The notes under the pieces: generated by a model
Told to the model about the DNA's origin: nothing
Seen by the model: only the letters and a program-made list of their open reading frames with translations
The model's database searches: none
Virus record (IMG/VR): IMGVR_UViG_3300046476_000353
Location: 2,975 to 66,974 of that record
From: a virus
Strand: one strand, 5' to 3'
DNA length: 64,000 nt
Shown here: in pieces, positions 20,147 through 27,886 of the stretch
Numbering within the stretch: the first letter of the stretch is position 1
How the letters are laid out: each line of letters begins with the position of its first letter
Made by a program: the position numbers and the translations under genes

Positions 20147-20506
20147 TCAGACTCCAGTCCGGTTGTACTCGTCAACCCGCTCAGGCGGTGACGGCGGATC
20201 GATTCCATGGCCGCGCATCTGCGTCGTCAGCTCCCCGACGTACCCCGCGAACGCCCGGACCAGCGACCGCAGCGACCGGACTTCCTCCCTCGTCGCCGTC
20301 AGGTCAGCCCGCAACTCCGTCTTGATCGCCTCAAAAGCAGCCCGATCCTCAGCCCGCTGGTTCGGCTCGACCTGCACCCGCGCGGCCGCCCGCGTCGCCT
20401 CCGCCGTAGCCGCCGCCGCCCGCGTCGTCGCCCGCGCCGCGAACAATCCAGCCACCACCATGCCCACCGTGCCCAGCACGGCCACGATCCCCGCCCACAC
20501 ACTCAT
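20147..20506 (-). CDS. Lysis-cassette membrane/coiled-coil protein
   Basis: N-terminal TM helix followed by a coiled coil. Confidence 0.65.
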   Translation of the reverse strand: MSVWAGIVAVLGTVGMVVAGLFAARATTRAAAATAEATRAAARVQVEPNQRAEDRAAFEAIKTELRADLTATREEVRSLRSLVRAFAGYVGELTTQMRGHGIDPPSPPERVDEYNRTGV

Positions 20507-20949
20507 GGCGCCTTGCCTCTCCCCGCGGTTCTCGACAGGTGGGGGACCGAATGCTCAGGAACGGTGGCCGCCCACAGGATGACCCCGACATGCGAGGCCA
20601 GGTACCAGATGGCGACGAACCCGCCGCGGGGGAAGGTGCCGTCGATGACCGCCGTCAGGTAGGCGGTCGCCCAGACCGTGGGAGGGATGAGCGCGACCGC
20701 GAAGCCGACGCCGTCACGGCCCACCCGCAGGAACGCGCAGAAGACCGTGATGAGCCCGGCGAGAATCCACAGCCACGCCCAACAGCGCAGCGGCGCGTGG
20801 TCGGTGAGGAGTTCCAGGCCTTGTGGGTTCGGCTGGGGCGCGGCGATGAAGCCCACGCCCCAGCACGTCTTGCCGACGCCGAGGATCAGCAGGAACGTGC
20901 CGCGGCGGCCCAGGGCCTTATGGAACCGCCGGACCGCGCGGCACTGCAC
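20503..20949 (-). CDS. Lysis-cassette four-TM membrane protein
   Basis: Four hydrophobic helices; immediately downstream of the holin. Confidence 0.7.
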   Translation of the reverse strand: MQCRAVRRFHKALGRRGTFLLILGVGKTCWGVGFIAAPQPNPQGLELLTDHAPLRCWAWLWILAGLITVFCAFLRVGRDGVGFAVALIPPTVWATAYLTAVIDGTFPRGGFVAIWYLASHVGVILWAATVPEHSVPHLSRTAGRGKAP

Positions 20950-21258
20950 TCAGGCCGCCTTGACGAGCGAGTCCTGAGCCTTACCGGAGACGCCGACCGG
21001 CTTCCAGAAGCCGAAGTGCGCGAGGACAGCGCTGGCGAAGCTGACGAGCGCCAACACGGCGGCGGTACCGACGGAGTAGCCGGCGTCGTGCGGGCCGGCG
21101 TACTCGGTCATGAACCCGGTCGCGGTGCTGAGCGCGAGCAGAAGCACCGCCTTGATGCCAGCGTCCGTGACTCTCGTGGTGACGAGTCCGACGAGGACGG
21201 GCAGGACGACGGAGACGAGCAGGCCGAGCCAGTAGGCGGAGTCGAGGGTGACGGTCAT
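20950..21258 (-). CDS. Holin
   Basis: Three TM helices in 102 aa, directly after the endolysin. Confidence 0.75.
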   Translation of the reverse strand: MTVTLDSAYWLGLLVSVVLPVLVGLVTTRVTDAGIKAVLLLALSTATGFMTEYAGPHDAGYSVGTAAVLALVSFASAVLAHFGFWKPVGVSGKAQDSLVKAA

Positions 21259-21279
21259 GACGGGGTTCCTTCCAGAGGG

Positions 21280-22143
21280 TCAGACGTTGGGGACGTGGAG
21301 CCGGGACCAGCTGGACGGGCCCGGGATCCCGTCGGCGGCCGTGCCCGTGTAGCCGAGCTTCCGCTGCCAGGCCGCGTAGCTGCGCTCGTCGCCCGAGCCC
21401 CACACGTCGGCGTTCGCAGCCGAGGCGTAGTGGTTGCAGCCGACAGCCACCAGCCGCTTGTGCATCGCAGCAATCACCGGCGACCGGCGGCCTGTTCGGA
21501 AGAACGCGGCACCCGGGAACGGCTCGTCGACCGGCTTCTGCACCGGCTTCGGCGGGGCAAGGAACGCGGGCCAGGAACCCGGGTCGACGTGCGTGTTCTC
21601 CGGCGTCTCACCGTGCCCGTACCAGCCGCCCTCGGTCTCCCACACATGCTCACTGCGGTGCGGAGAGAAGTCCGTCGGACGACCCATCGGCCACGCCTGC
21701 GGAACACCCCACGACGTCACCCAGTCCTGCAGCGCCTGCCAGCCCTTGCAGGGCGTGTCCTCAAGCTGCGCGTACACCTTGCCGTCCGGGGCCTTGCAGT
21801 ACGGGAAGAACAGCGCCTCGATCTGCAGAACCACCTTCCCGGCCCGGTTCGTTCGGGTCCCGCCAGCGAGGTCGACGACGCTCTTGCTACGGGAGTCGGC
21901 CGGGTAGAACTGTGCGAACCGGCCGCCGAACGGATCCCAGAGGATGTGCGGGGCGACGCCAATCCCGCTGCCGGTGAAGTAGCCGAGGAGGTCGGCGAAC
22001 GGGACGAGGGCCTGCGGCTTGGCCGCGGTGGCGTTGCGATCCCACGTGATGTGAGCGATTGCCTTGGCCGGGTACTGCGTGTCGCACGGGGCGTGGTCCC
22101 CGACGTCGGACCGTATCGCCCCAGGCATCCAGAGATCGGCCAT
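21280..22143 (-). CDS. Endolysin: amidase with C-terminal peptidoglycan-binding domain
   Basis: AHIT, PHILWDP, QIE, GH...PENTHVDPG; AWQRKLG...ADGIPGPSSW. Confidence 0.85.
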   Translation of the reverse strand: MADLWMPGAIRSDVGDHAPCDTQYPAKAIAHITWDRNATAAKPQALVPFADLLGYFTGSGIGVAPHILWDPFGGRFAQFYPADSRSKSVVDLAGGTRTNRAGKVVLQIEALFFPYCKAPDGKVYAQLEDTPCKGWQALQDWVTSWGVPQAWPMGRPTDFSPHRSEHVWETEGGWYGHGETPENTHVDPGSWPAFLAPPKPVQKPVDEPFPGAAFFRTGRRSPVIAAMHKRLVAVGCNHYASAANADVWGSGDERSYAAWQRKLGYTGTAADGIPGPSSWSRLHVPNV

Positions 22144-22145
22144 GG

Positions 22146-23045
22146 TCAGGCTCCCGTCACGTGGTTGTCGTGCGCCCACGCCTGCATCAGAGCCACGACC
22201 TGAACCAGTCGAGGATCCGCAGCAGGAGTGGGCGACGGAGGAGGGGACGGCACCGGACCGGGCCGAGGGACCGGGTTGGCCTCACCGGTCAGCTCCGCGA
22301 ACTGCTCGCCGAGCGCGTAGAAGCTGGGCGCGCCGGTGAAGTAGACGCCCGCGGCTTTCATGCCGTCCGCGTCGAGGGCGACCCACGCTTCGTCGACGTA
22401 GCGCGTCCAGAACCGCCACGTCATCTTCGTCTCGGCGCCCCAGGTGACGATGCCGACGCCGTCCTCGGCGTAGGCGCCGGCGAGGACGCAGTGGCCGCCT
22501 TCGTTCTTGGCGCCGCGGACGACGTCCCAGGGCTGGCCTGCGTTGAACTGCCGCATGGCGGAGTCGGGGAACTGCAGGCCGATACTGACGCTGCCGAACA
22601 GTGCGATCGCCTGGCGGACCTCGACGAGGTTGGCAACATCGAGCGAGGCGTAAGCCACGATCTTGTGCCCGGCGATCCCGGTGGTGCGCCAGTACTTGAG
22701 GGCGTCCTGCACGTAGGTGCCCTGGTCGGTGGGGTTGTTGCCGGGCGGGCCCGCGTTGGGGTCGAAGCCGGTGACGGCGGAGTAGCCCTTGAGGATGTCC
22801 TGGTCGGTGGGCGTGACCTCGGCTCCGGTGGCGTAGTACGTCAGCTGGTTGATCGCGTGGCCGACCTCGGCCCATACGCAATCGCCCCAGTCCGCGTTGC
22901 CGTACATCGGCCAGCGGATGGCGTTGTCCTGCCAGTCCATTGAGGGCGGCGGGGAGGTGAGGCGTTCCCGGAGGACGGGCGACAACCGAAGGTGGGGGCG
23001 TGCGGGTTGGGCGGGGAGTTTCCCGAGCGGGTGGTGTGCGGTCAT
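22146..23045 (-). CDS. Papain-like cysteine peptidase at the head of the lysis cassette
   Basis: N..GDCVWA, GGHCV, IVTWG. Confidence 0.7.
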   Translation of the reverse strand: MTAHHPLGKLPAQPARPHLRLSPVLRERLTSPPPSMDWQDNAIRWPMYGNADWGDCVWAEVGHAINQLTYYATGAEVTPTDQDILKGYSAVTGFDPNAGPPGNNPTDQGTYVQDALKYWRTTGIAGHKIVAYASLDVANLVEVRQAIALFGSVSIGLQFPDSAMRQFNAGQPWDVVRGAKNEGGHCVLAGAYAEDGVGIVTWGAETKMTWRFWTRYVDEAWVALDADGMKAAGVYFTGAPSFYALGEQFAELTGEANPVPRPGPVPSPPPSPTPAADPRLVQVVALMQAWAHDNHVTGA

Positions 23046-23218
23046 GCGGGCCCTCCCACAGATAGCGTCACCTACGAATCGTAGCCTGTGGGCCCTATTC
23101 GACCTACGGATCTAAGGTACGGTTCTATCGGCCCCTTGCTCAGAGGCCGGTGGCAGGGGAGTTCCTTTGCGGGTTGACCCCTGCCACCACAACCCGCAAC
23201 CAACCCGCAGGAGTGCGC

Positions 23219-23827
23219 ATGAGCGACTTCAACCTTCGCCACCTCGTCAGGGGCGTCCTCGCGTCAAGCGAGTTGACCGACCCTCACGCGCTGGCGGACG
23301 AGATCCTCGACCGGATCGACGACGCAGACCTACGCCCCGCGCTGGGTCAGGTATTGGCGAGCATGGTCCGCGAGGAGATCCGTGAACGCCGCAACCGGCA
23401 CTCCCTCGCCTTGCCCGCACCGGCCGTTCGCAGGACGCCGCCTGTCACCTCAGCGCCCCGCCTCACGCTGCACACGCAGTCGGAGGTGATGACCGAGTCA
23501 CCCGGTCCCGTGCCGCGCCCGATGGTCAAGCCCACTCCTCGGCCCGCCCGGTCGGCGAAGGTCGCAGCGATCCGTGCCGCCGCCCCGAAGTGGCTGGAGG
23601 ACCGCTACTGCGTGGGCGGCGGGGACGACGACTGGAAGTTCCTCGGCGACTGCGGATTCACCGACTTGATGTTCGCGGCCGGGCAGCGACGGGAGCAGGC
23701 GGCCCGCACGTCGGCGGTCGCGGAGCGGCTGGAGGGTCTGGCCGAACTCGTGCGCACGCACGGCGTGAAGCGAGTGCGTGATCTGCCCGCCTCGGTTCTC
23801 GACTCTGTTGGGGGTGCGGCGGCGTGA
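23219..23827 (+). CDS. Hypothetical protein, translationally coupled to the TasA-like gene
   Basis: AGGAG RBS; its stop overlaps the next start (GTGA); C-terminal WKFLGDC..DL...GVKRVRDL domain. Confidence 0.75.
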   Translation: MSDFNLRHLVRGVLASSELTDPHALADEILDRIDDADLRPALGQVLASMVREEIRERRNRHSLALPAPAVRRTPPVTSAPRLTLHTQSEVMTESPGPVPRPMVKPTPRPARSAKVAAIRAAAPKWLEDRYCVGGGDDDWKFLGDCGFTDLMFAAGQRREQAARTSAVAERLEGLAELVRTHGVKRVRDLPASVLDSVGGAAA

Positions 23828-24870
23828 CGTACCTCGACCCCAAGACTGGCGCCAGCGGCGGCCATATGAATCGCGAGGCCCAGTGGCCTAACGCTGCTGC
23901 TGGTGCCGCAGACTTCCCCGACGGCCAGAGGATCAGCGAGACCCATCACGTTCCCGCCGTCGGGGAGCACAACCCGCCAACACCGGCCATGCCACGAACG
24001 GCCGCCAATGAAGAGCCGCCGGTGCTGGCGTCCAACCCGTGGGCCGACTCCAACGCCCCGCTCCTCGCGCTCCTCGCCGACGTCCTCGACGACCTTGAGC
24101 GCACCCGCATCGCCAACGAAAACCGACTCCGCCAACTCACCCGCACCGAGACCGACTCGGACGGTGAAGAGCGCGGGTTCGGCCTCACCCTCGACCAGCC
24201 CCAGGTAGCCGCGCTCGCGGACGTGGTGGCAGCCCTCGGCAAGCTGGAGCACCAGTCCACCCTCAACCTCCAGCGTGCAGTGCGGAAACACCCGCTCGGC
24301 CCGTGGGTGAAAGCCACCATCGGCGTCGGCGAGAAACAAGGCGCCCGACTCCTCGCCGCCATCGGTGACCCCTACTGGAACACCCTCCATAACCGGCCGC
24401 GTCTCGTCTCCGAACTGTGGGCGTACTGCGGCCTCCACGTACTCCCCGCCGCCCACAGATCGGACGAAGCCCAAGGTCGTAGCGGCAGCGGGGGCAAGCA
24501 GGGCGACCCCGGCCATAACACCGGCGCACTCCAGGCCCCCGCCGTCGGGGTCGCCCCTACCCGTGCGCGAGGTCAGCGCGCCAACTGGTCCACCACAGCC
24601 AAGACCCGCGCCTACCTCGTCGCCGAATCCTGCATCAAGCAGGCCCGGTCCCCATACCGCGCGGTCTACGACGACGGCCGCAAGAAGTACACCGAAGCCG
24701 TCCACGTCGCACCCTGCCGCCGCTGTGGCCCCTCTGGGAAACCAGCCGCCGAAGGCACCCAGCTCAGTGCCGGACACCAGCACGCCCGCGCCATGCGCCT
24801 CGTCATGAAGGCCGTCCTCAAAGACCTCTGGCTGGAGTCCAAGCGCATCCACGAGGAAGGCCAGCCATGA
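23824..24870 (+). CDS. TasA-like RNA-binding protein (IS110 C-terminal/Nop fold, no nuclease domain)
   Basis: Coiled coil DLERTRIANENRLR; IGVGEKQGARLLAAIGD; SELWAYCGL; GQRANW; YRAVYD..K.Y; HQHARAMR..KAVL.DLW. No DEDD RuvC or HNH motif. Confidence 0.8.
   Translation: MTYLDPKTGASGGHMNREAQWPNAAAGAADFPDGQRISETHHVPAVGEHNPPTPAMPRTAANEEPPVLASNPWADSNAPLLALLADVLDDLERTRIANENRLRQLTRTETDSDGEERGFGLTLDQPQVAALADVVAALGKLEHQSTLNLQRAVRKHPLGPWVKATIGVGEKQGARLLAAIGDPYWNTLHNRPRLVSELWAYCGLHVLPAAHRSDEAQGRSGSGGKQGDPGHNTGALQAPAVGVAPTRARGQRANWSTTAKTRAYLVAESCIKQARSPYRAVYDDGRKKYTEAVHVAPCRRCGPSGKPAAEGTQLSAGHQHARAMRLVMKAVLKDLWLESKRIHEEGQP
23848..24030 (+). ncRNA. Stem-loop TIGR-like guide array, units 1-3
   Basis: Three units at 62-63 nt spacing: 11-15 bp stem, CA, N9, CGnnnnCCA, N9, C, stem. 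Spacers are tatgaatcg/gtggcctaa, gaggatcag/tcacgttcc and tgccacgaa/atgaagagc. Confidence 0.85.
24443..24556 (+). ncRNA. Stem-loop TIGR-like guide array, units 4-5 (inside the Nop domain)
   Basis: Same architecture at 60 nt spacing. Spacers are cagatcgga/aggtcgtag and taacaccgg/ggcccccgc; loops are CGAAGCCCA and CGCACTCCA. Confidence 0.85.
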
Positions 24871-25010
24871 CCGACCCCACCCCCTACGACAACGGCGGCG
24901 TGCTCCGCCCCGGCCTCGTCATCACCACGCTCAAGCCCGGCGAACGCGTCCTCACGCGAGCCGACCTCCAGCGGCTGCGCTCGATGAGCGAACCGGAGGA
25001 CGAGTCGTGA
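24867..25010 (+). CDS. 47-aa protein resembling the tape-measure C-terminal motif
   Basis: Hand translation: MTDPTPYDNGGVLRPGLVITTLKPGERVLTRADLQRL...; ATGA overlap with the upstream gene. Confidence 0.6.
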   Translation: MTDPTPYDNGGVLRPGLVITTLKPGERVLTRADLQRLRSMSEPEDES

Positions 25011-25117
25011 ACGGCATCTGCGCCGGGCTGGCGTTCCTCTTCGCGTTCCTCGTGCTCGCCCCGCACGCCCCGGTCCACGCCTACGACTACCCGACCACCG
25101 CGCGGAGTTCGCGATGA
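25007..25117 (+). CDS. Small hydrophobic peptide
   Basis: Coupled at both ends (GTGA, ATGA); GGAGG RBS. Confidence 0.45.
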   Translation: MNGICAGLAFLFAFLVLAPHAPVHAYDYPTTARSSR

Positions 25118-25335
25118 CCGAGCCGACGCCGCTACCCCCGTTCTCAGGCGACGACGCACGCTGCCCGAAGTGCGGCAACGAAGGCGCCTACACCGAGTAC
25201 AAGGCCAAGGGCGAGCCGGGCCACGGCCGTATCACTTTGGGATCGGCAGGGCCGGAGCGTCTCGAACGGTGCTGCTCCCGCTGCGACTACCGCTGGGACG
25301 AAGCCCTCGCGACGCCCGCCAAGGAGTCGCCGTGA
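25114..25335 (+). CDS. Zn-ribbon protein
   Basis: CPKC ... CSRCDYRW. Confidence 0.65.
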   Translation: MTEPTPLPPFSGDDARCPKCGNEGAYTEYKAKGEPGHGRITLGSAGPERLERCCSRCDYRWDEALATPAKESP

Positions 25336-25451
25336 GCGAGCAGGACACCGGCCTCCGCTGCCCCCGCTGCGACTGCGCCGACCGCCTCCCACAGTGCGAG
25401 CACTGCAAGGCCTGCCCCCACGCGAGGCCCGCCGGCAAGGAGAAGAAGTGA
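25332..25451 (+). CDS. Small Cys-rich protein
   Basis: CPRCDC..QCEHCKACPH; AAGGAG RBS. Confidence 0.55.
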   Translation: MSEQDTGLRCPRCDCADRLPQCEHCKACPHARPAGKEKK

Positions 25452-25921
25452 GTGCGGCCGGCGCGCAGTGCCCAGTCTGCGAAGAAGACTTCACCCCTCG
25501 GCGTGGGGGGAGGGCTCAGGTCTACTGCTCGCCGCCCTGCCGCGACCGAGCTGACTATCTCCGAAATGGCACGCCGGAGAAGCGCGGCAGCCGAAACGCC
25601 TACTACGGCAAGAAGTGGCGGGACGACCCGGCCTTCCGCCAACGACGCCTGGACTCGGCGAGGTGGCGGCACCTCAGGCGGAAGTACGGCGTCACCCAGG
25701 AGCGGTACGAAGAACTTCTTACCGCCCAAGAAGGCCGATGCGCGATCTGCCGCACGGACGATCCGGACGACATCGGCCTTGAGTGGAACGTCGACCACTG
25801 CCACACGACCGGACGTGTGCGCGGGCTGCTCTGCCGCAGATGCAACGGCGGACTCGGCTGGTTCAAGGACAACCCAGAAGCGCTGCGAGCAGCAGCCGAC
25901 TACGTGGAGCGAAACCGATGA
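25448..25921 (+). CDS. Endonuclease VII-family (HNH-fold) protein
   Basis: KYGVT..Y..L..AQEGRCAIC, VDHCHTTGRVRGLLCRRCNGGLG. Confidence 0.9.
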   Translation: MSAAGAQCPVCEEDFTPRRGGRAQVYCSPPCRDRADYLRNGTPEKRGSRNAYYGKKWRDDPAFRQRRLDSARWRHLRRKYGVTQERYEELLTAQEGRCAICRTDDPDDIGLEWNVDHCHTTGRVRGLLCRRCNGGLGWFKDNPEALRAAADYVERNR

Positions 25922-26871
25922 AGACACTCGTAACGGGCGGCTCGGGCTTCATCGCCTCGTGGATCCGCAAAGAACTGATCGCGCGCGGCCACACGGTCCT
26001 CGTTATGGACCACCAGGACCGCCGACAGAACCTCGCGCCCGGGGAGGAGTTCTTTCTCGGCGACGTCCGCGACGCCACCGCCGTGACGGAGGCTGCCGCG
26101 CACTGCGAGGGAATCATCCACCTCGCGGCTGTCCTCGGCACGCAGGAGACGATCAGCAACCCGCGCCCGTCGGCGGAGACGAACATCCTCGGCAGCCTCA
26201 ACGTGTTCGAGGCGGCCACGCAGTACAACTTGCCCGTCGTCTACGCCGGGGTAGGCAACCACGCTTTTCGGCTCGTCGGCACCGGCTGCTACACCATCAC
26301 CAAGAGCGCGGCCGAAGACCTCGCCCGCATGTACAACCTCTACCGCGAGGGCGGCCGGGTCACCATCGTCCGCCCGGTCAACGCCTACGGTCCGGGGCAG
26401 TCGGTGGCGAAGCCCTACGGGACGTCGAAGGTACGAAAGATCGCGCCAGCCTTCGTGTGCCGTGCCCTCACCGGTGCGCCCATCGAGGTGTACGGGGACG
26501 GCACCCAGATCTCCGACTGCGTGTACGTCGCTGACGTCGCCCGCGCCTTCGTCACCGCACTGGAACACACCGCTGCCAACGGGCCCACCGAACGCCCCGT
26601 CGAGGTCGGGCCGCTCACCTCGGTCACCGTCAACGACATCGCCCACCTCGTCGCCGAGTACGCCGCCAAGGTCACCGGCCGGGAGCCCGTCGGGATCACT
26701 CACCTGCCGATGCGGCCCGGCGAGATCCCCAACGCTGTCGTCACCTCCGACACGTCCACGCTCCAGCAGATCGGCATGACGGCCGCCGACTTCGTGCCCC
26801 TCGACGAGGGCATTCACCACACCGTCCGCTACTACGCCGAGCAGTGGCTCCCCGGCTACCTGGCGGCCTGA
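25918..26871 (+). CDS. NAD-dependent nucleotide-sugar epimerase/dehydratase
   Basis: VTGGSGFIAS, HLAA, YTITK (YxxxK), NAYGPGQ. Confidence 0.92.
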   Translation: MKTLVTGGSGFIASWIRKELIARGHTVLVMDHQDRRQNLAPGEEFFLGDVRDATAVTEAAAHCEGIIHLAAVLGTQETISNPRPSAETNILGSLNVFEAATQYNLPVVYAGVGNHAFRLVGTGCYTITKSAAEDLARMYNLYREGGRVTIVRPVNAYGPGQSVAKPYGTSKVRKIAPAFVCRALTGAPIEVYGDGTQISDCVYVADVARAFVTALEHTAANGPTERPVEVGPLTSVTVNDIAHLVAEYAAKVTGREPVGITHLPMRPGEIPNAVVTSDTSTLQQIGMTAADFVPLDEGIHHTVRYYAEQWLPGYLAA

Positions 26872-26872
26872 C

Positions 26873-27886
26873 GTGGCGCGCATCCACTTCTGGTCGGCCG
26901 ACGTGGCAGGCTCCGCCCTCTACCGCGCCGGACTCCCCGCCATGAGCCTGCAATGGCTCGGCCACGCCGTGTCCGCGGGGATGCGGCTCCCGCACGACTG
27001 GGCCGTCCTCGACACCGTCGTCGGCTGCCGCGTCGCCAAGCCCGAGCCGACCATGATGTGGCAGCGGCTCAAGGAGATCGGGAAGCGGCTCGTCCTCGAC
27101 CTCGACGACGACTACTTCCACCTCGACCCCACCAACCCAGCCGCAGCCCGCACCTGGGACCCGGCCATGCTCCGACGGCTCGCCTCCAACATGCAGCTCG
27201 CCGACGTCGTCACCTGCTGCTCCGAACCCTTGGCCGCCGTCCTCCGCGACTACGCCGCCGACGTCCGCGTCATCCCCAACGGGCTGCCGGCCCAGTACCT
27301 GGGCAAGCCCCGCGACTACCAGGCCGAGGGCCGACCGTTGTCGGTGGGCTGGGCTGGTACGTCGTCCACGGTCGCCGACCTGCCCGAGGCGGTCCGGGCG
27401 CTGACCAGGATCTCCCGCTACCCGCGCTCTGGAGGCGTCCGGGTGTCGCTCGTCGGCATCTCGGCGGAGAACGCGATCAGCCTGGGGTTGCAGGGGCGTC
27501 AGATCGGTACGTGGGGCTGGATCGAGCGGCATGAGCACTACATGCAGGCCGTCGGCGAGTGGGACGTGTGGGTGGCGCCGTACCGGGATATCCCGTTCAA
27601 CGCCGCGAAGTATCCGACGAAGTGGCTGGAGTCGAGCATCCTCGGCATCCCGCTGATCGCGTCGGACATCGAGCCGTACCGGGCGGTGATCCGGCACGGG
27701 GAGAACGGGTTCCTCGTCCGGCGCGAGCACGAGTGGGGGAAGTACCTCAAGCAGCTGGCGGACGACCCGGAGCTTCGGCAGCGGATCGGGATGACCGCGC
27801 GCGGTGAAGCGTCCGCGTCGATCCTCCAGGCGACCAACGTGCACTGGCAGGCCGCACTCACCGCACCTTTGGCGGTGGCCGCGTGA
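26873..27886 (+). CDS. Glycosyltransferase, GT-B (GT4-like)
   Basis: DLDDDY, VIPNGLP, VGWAG, FNAAK..KWLE..GIPLIAS..HGENGFLV. Confidence 0.88.
   Translation: MARIHFWSADVAGSALYRAGLPAMSLQWLGHAVSAGMRLPHDWAVLDTVVGCRVAKPEPTMMWQRLKEIGKRLVLDLDDDYFHLDPTNPAAARTWDPAMLRRLASNMQLADVVTCCSEPLAAVLRDYAADVRVIPNGLPAQYLGKPRDYQAEGRPLSVGWAGTSSTVADLPEAVRALTRISRYPRSGGVRVSLVGISAENAISLGLQGRQIGTWGWIERHEHYMQAVGEWDVWVAPYRDIPFNAAKYPTKWLESSILGIPLIASDIEPYRAVIRHGENGFLVRREHEWGKYLKQLADDPELRQRIGMTARGEASASILQATNVHWQAALTAPLAVAA

Noticed and set aside
23848-24556. CRISPR array or a series of terminators
   Set aside because: There are no identical direct repeats or cas genes. The hairpins have fixed 30-nt structured loops and no U-tracts.
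23824-24870. IS110 transposase / insertion sequence
   Set aside because: There is no N-terminal DEDD RuvC domain and no recognisable catalytic-serine loop, and the gene is translationally coupled on both sides within a phage operon.
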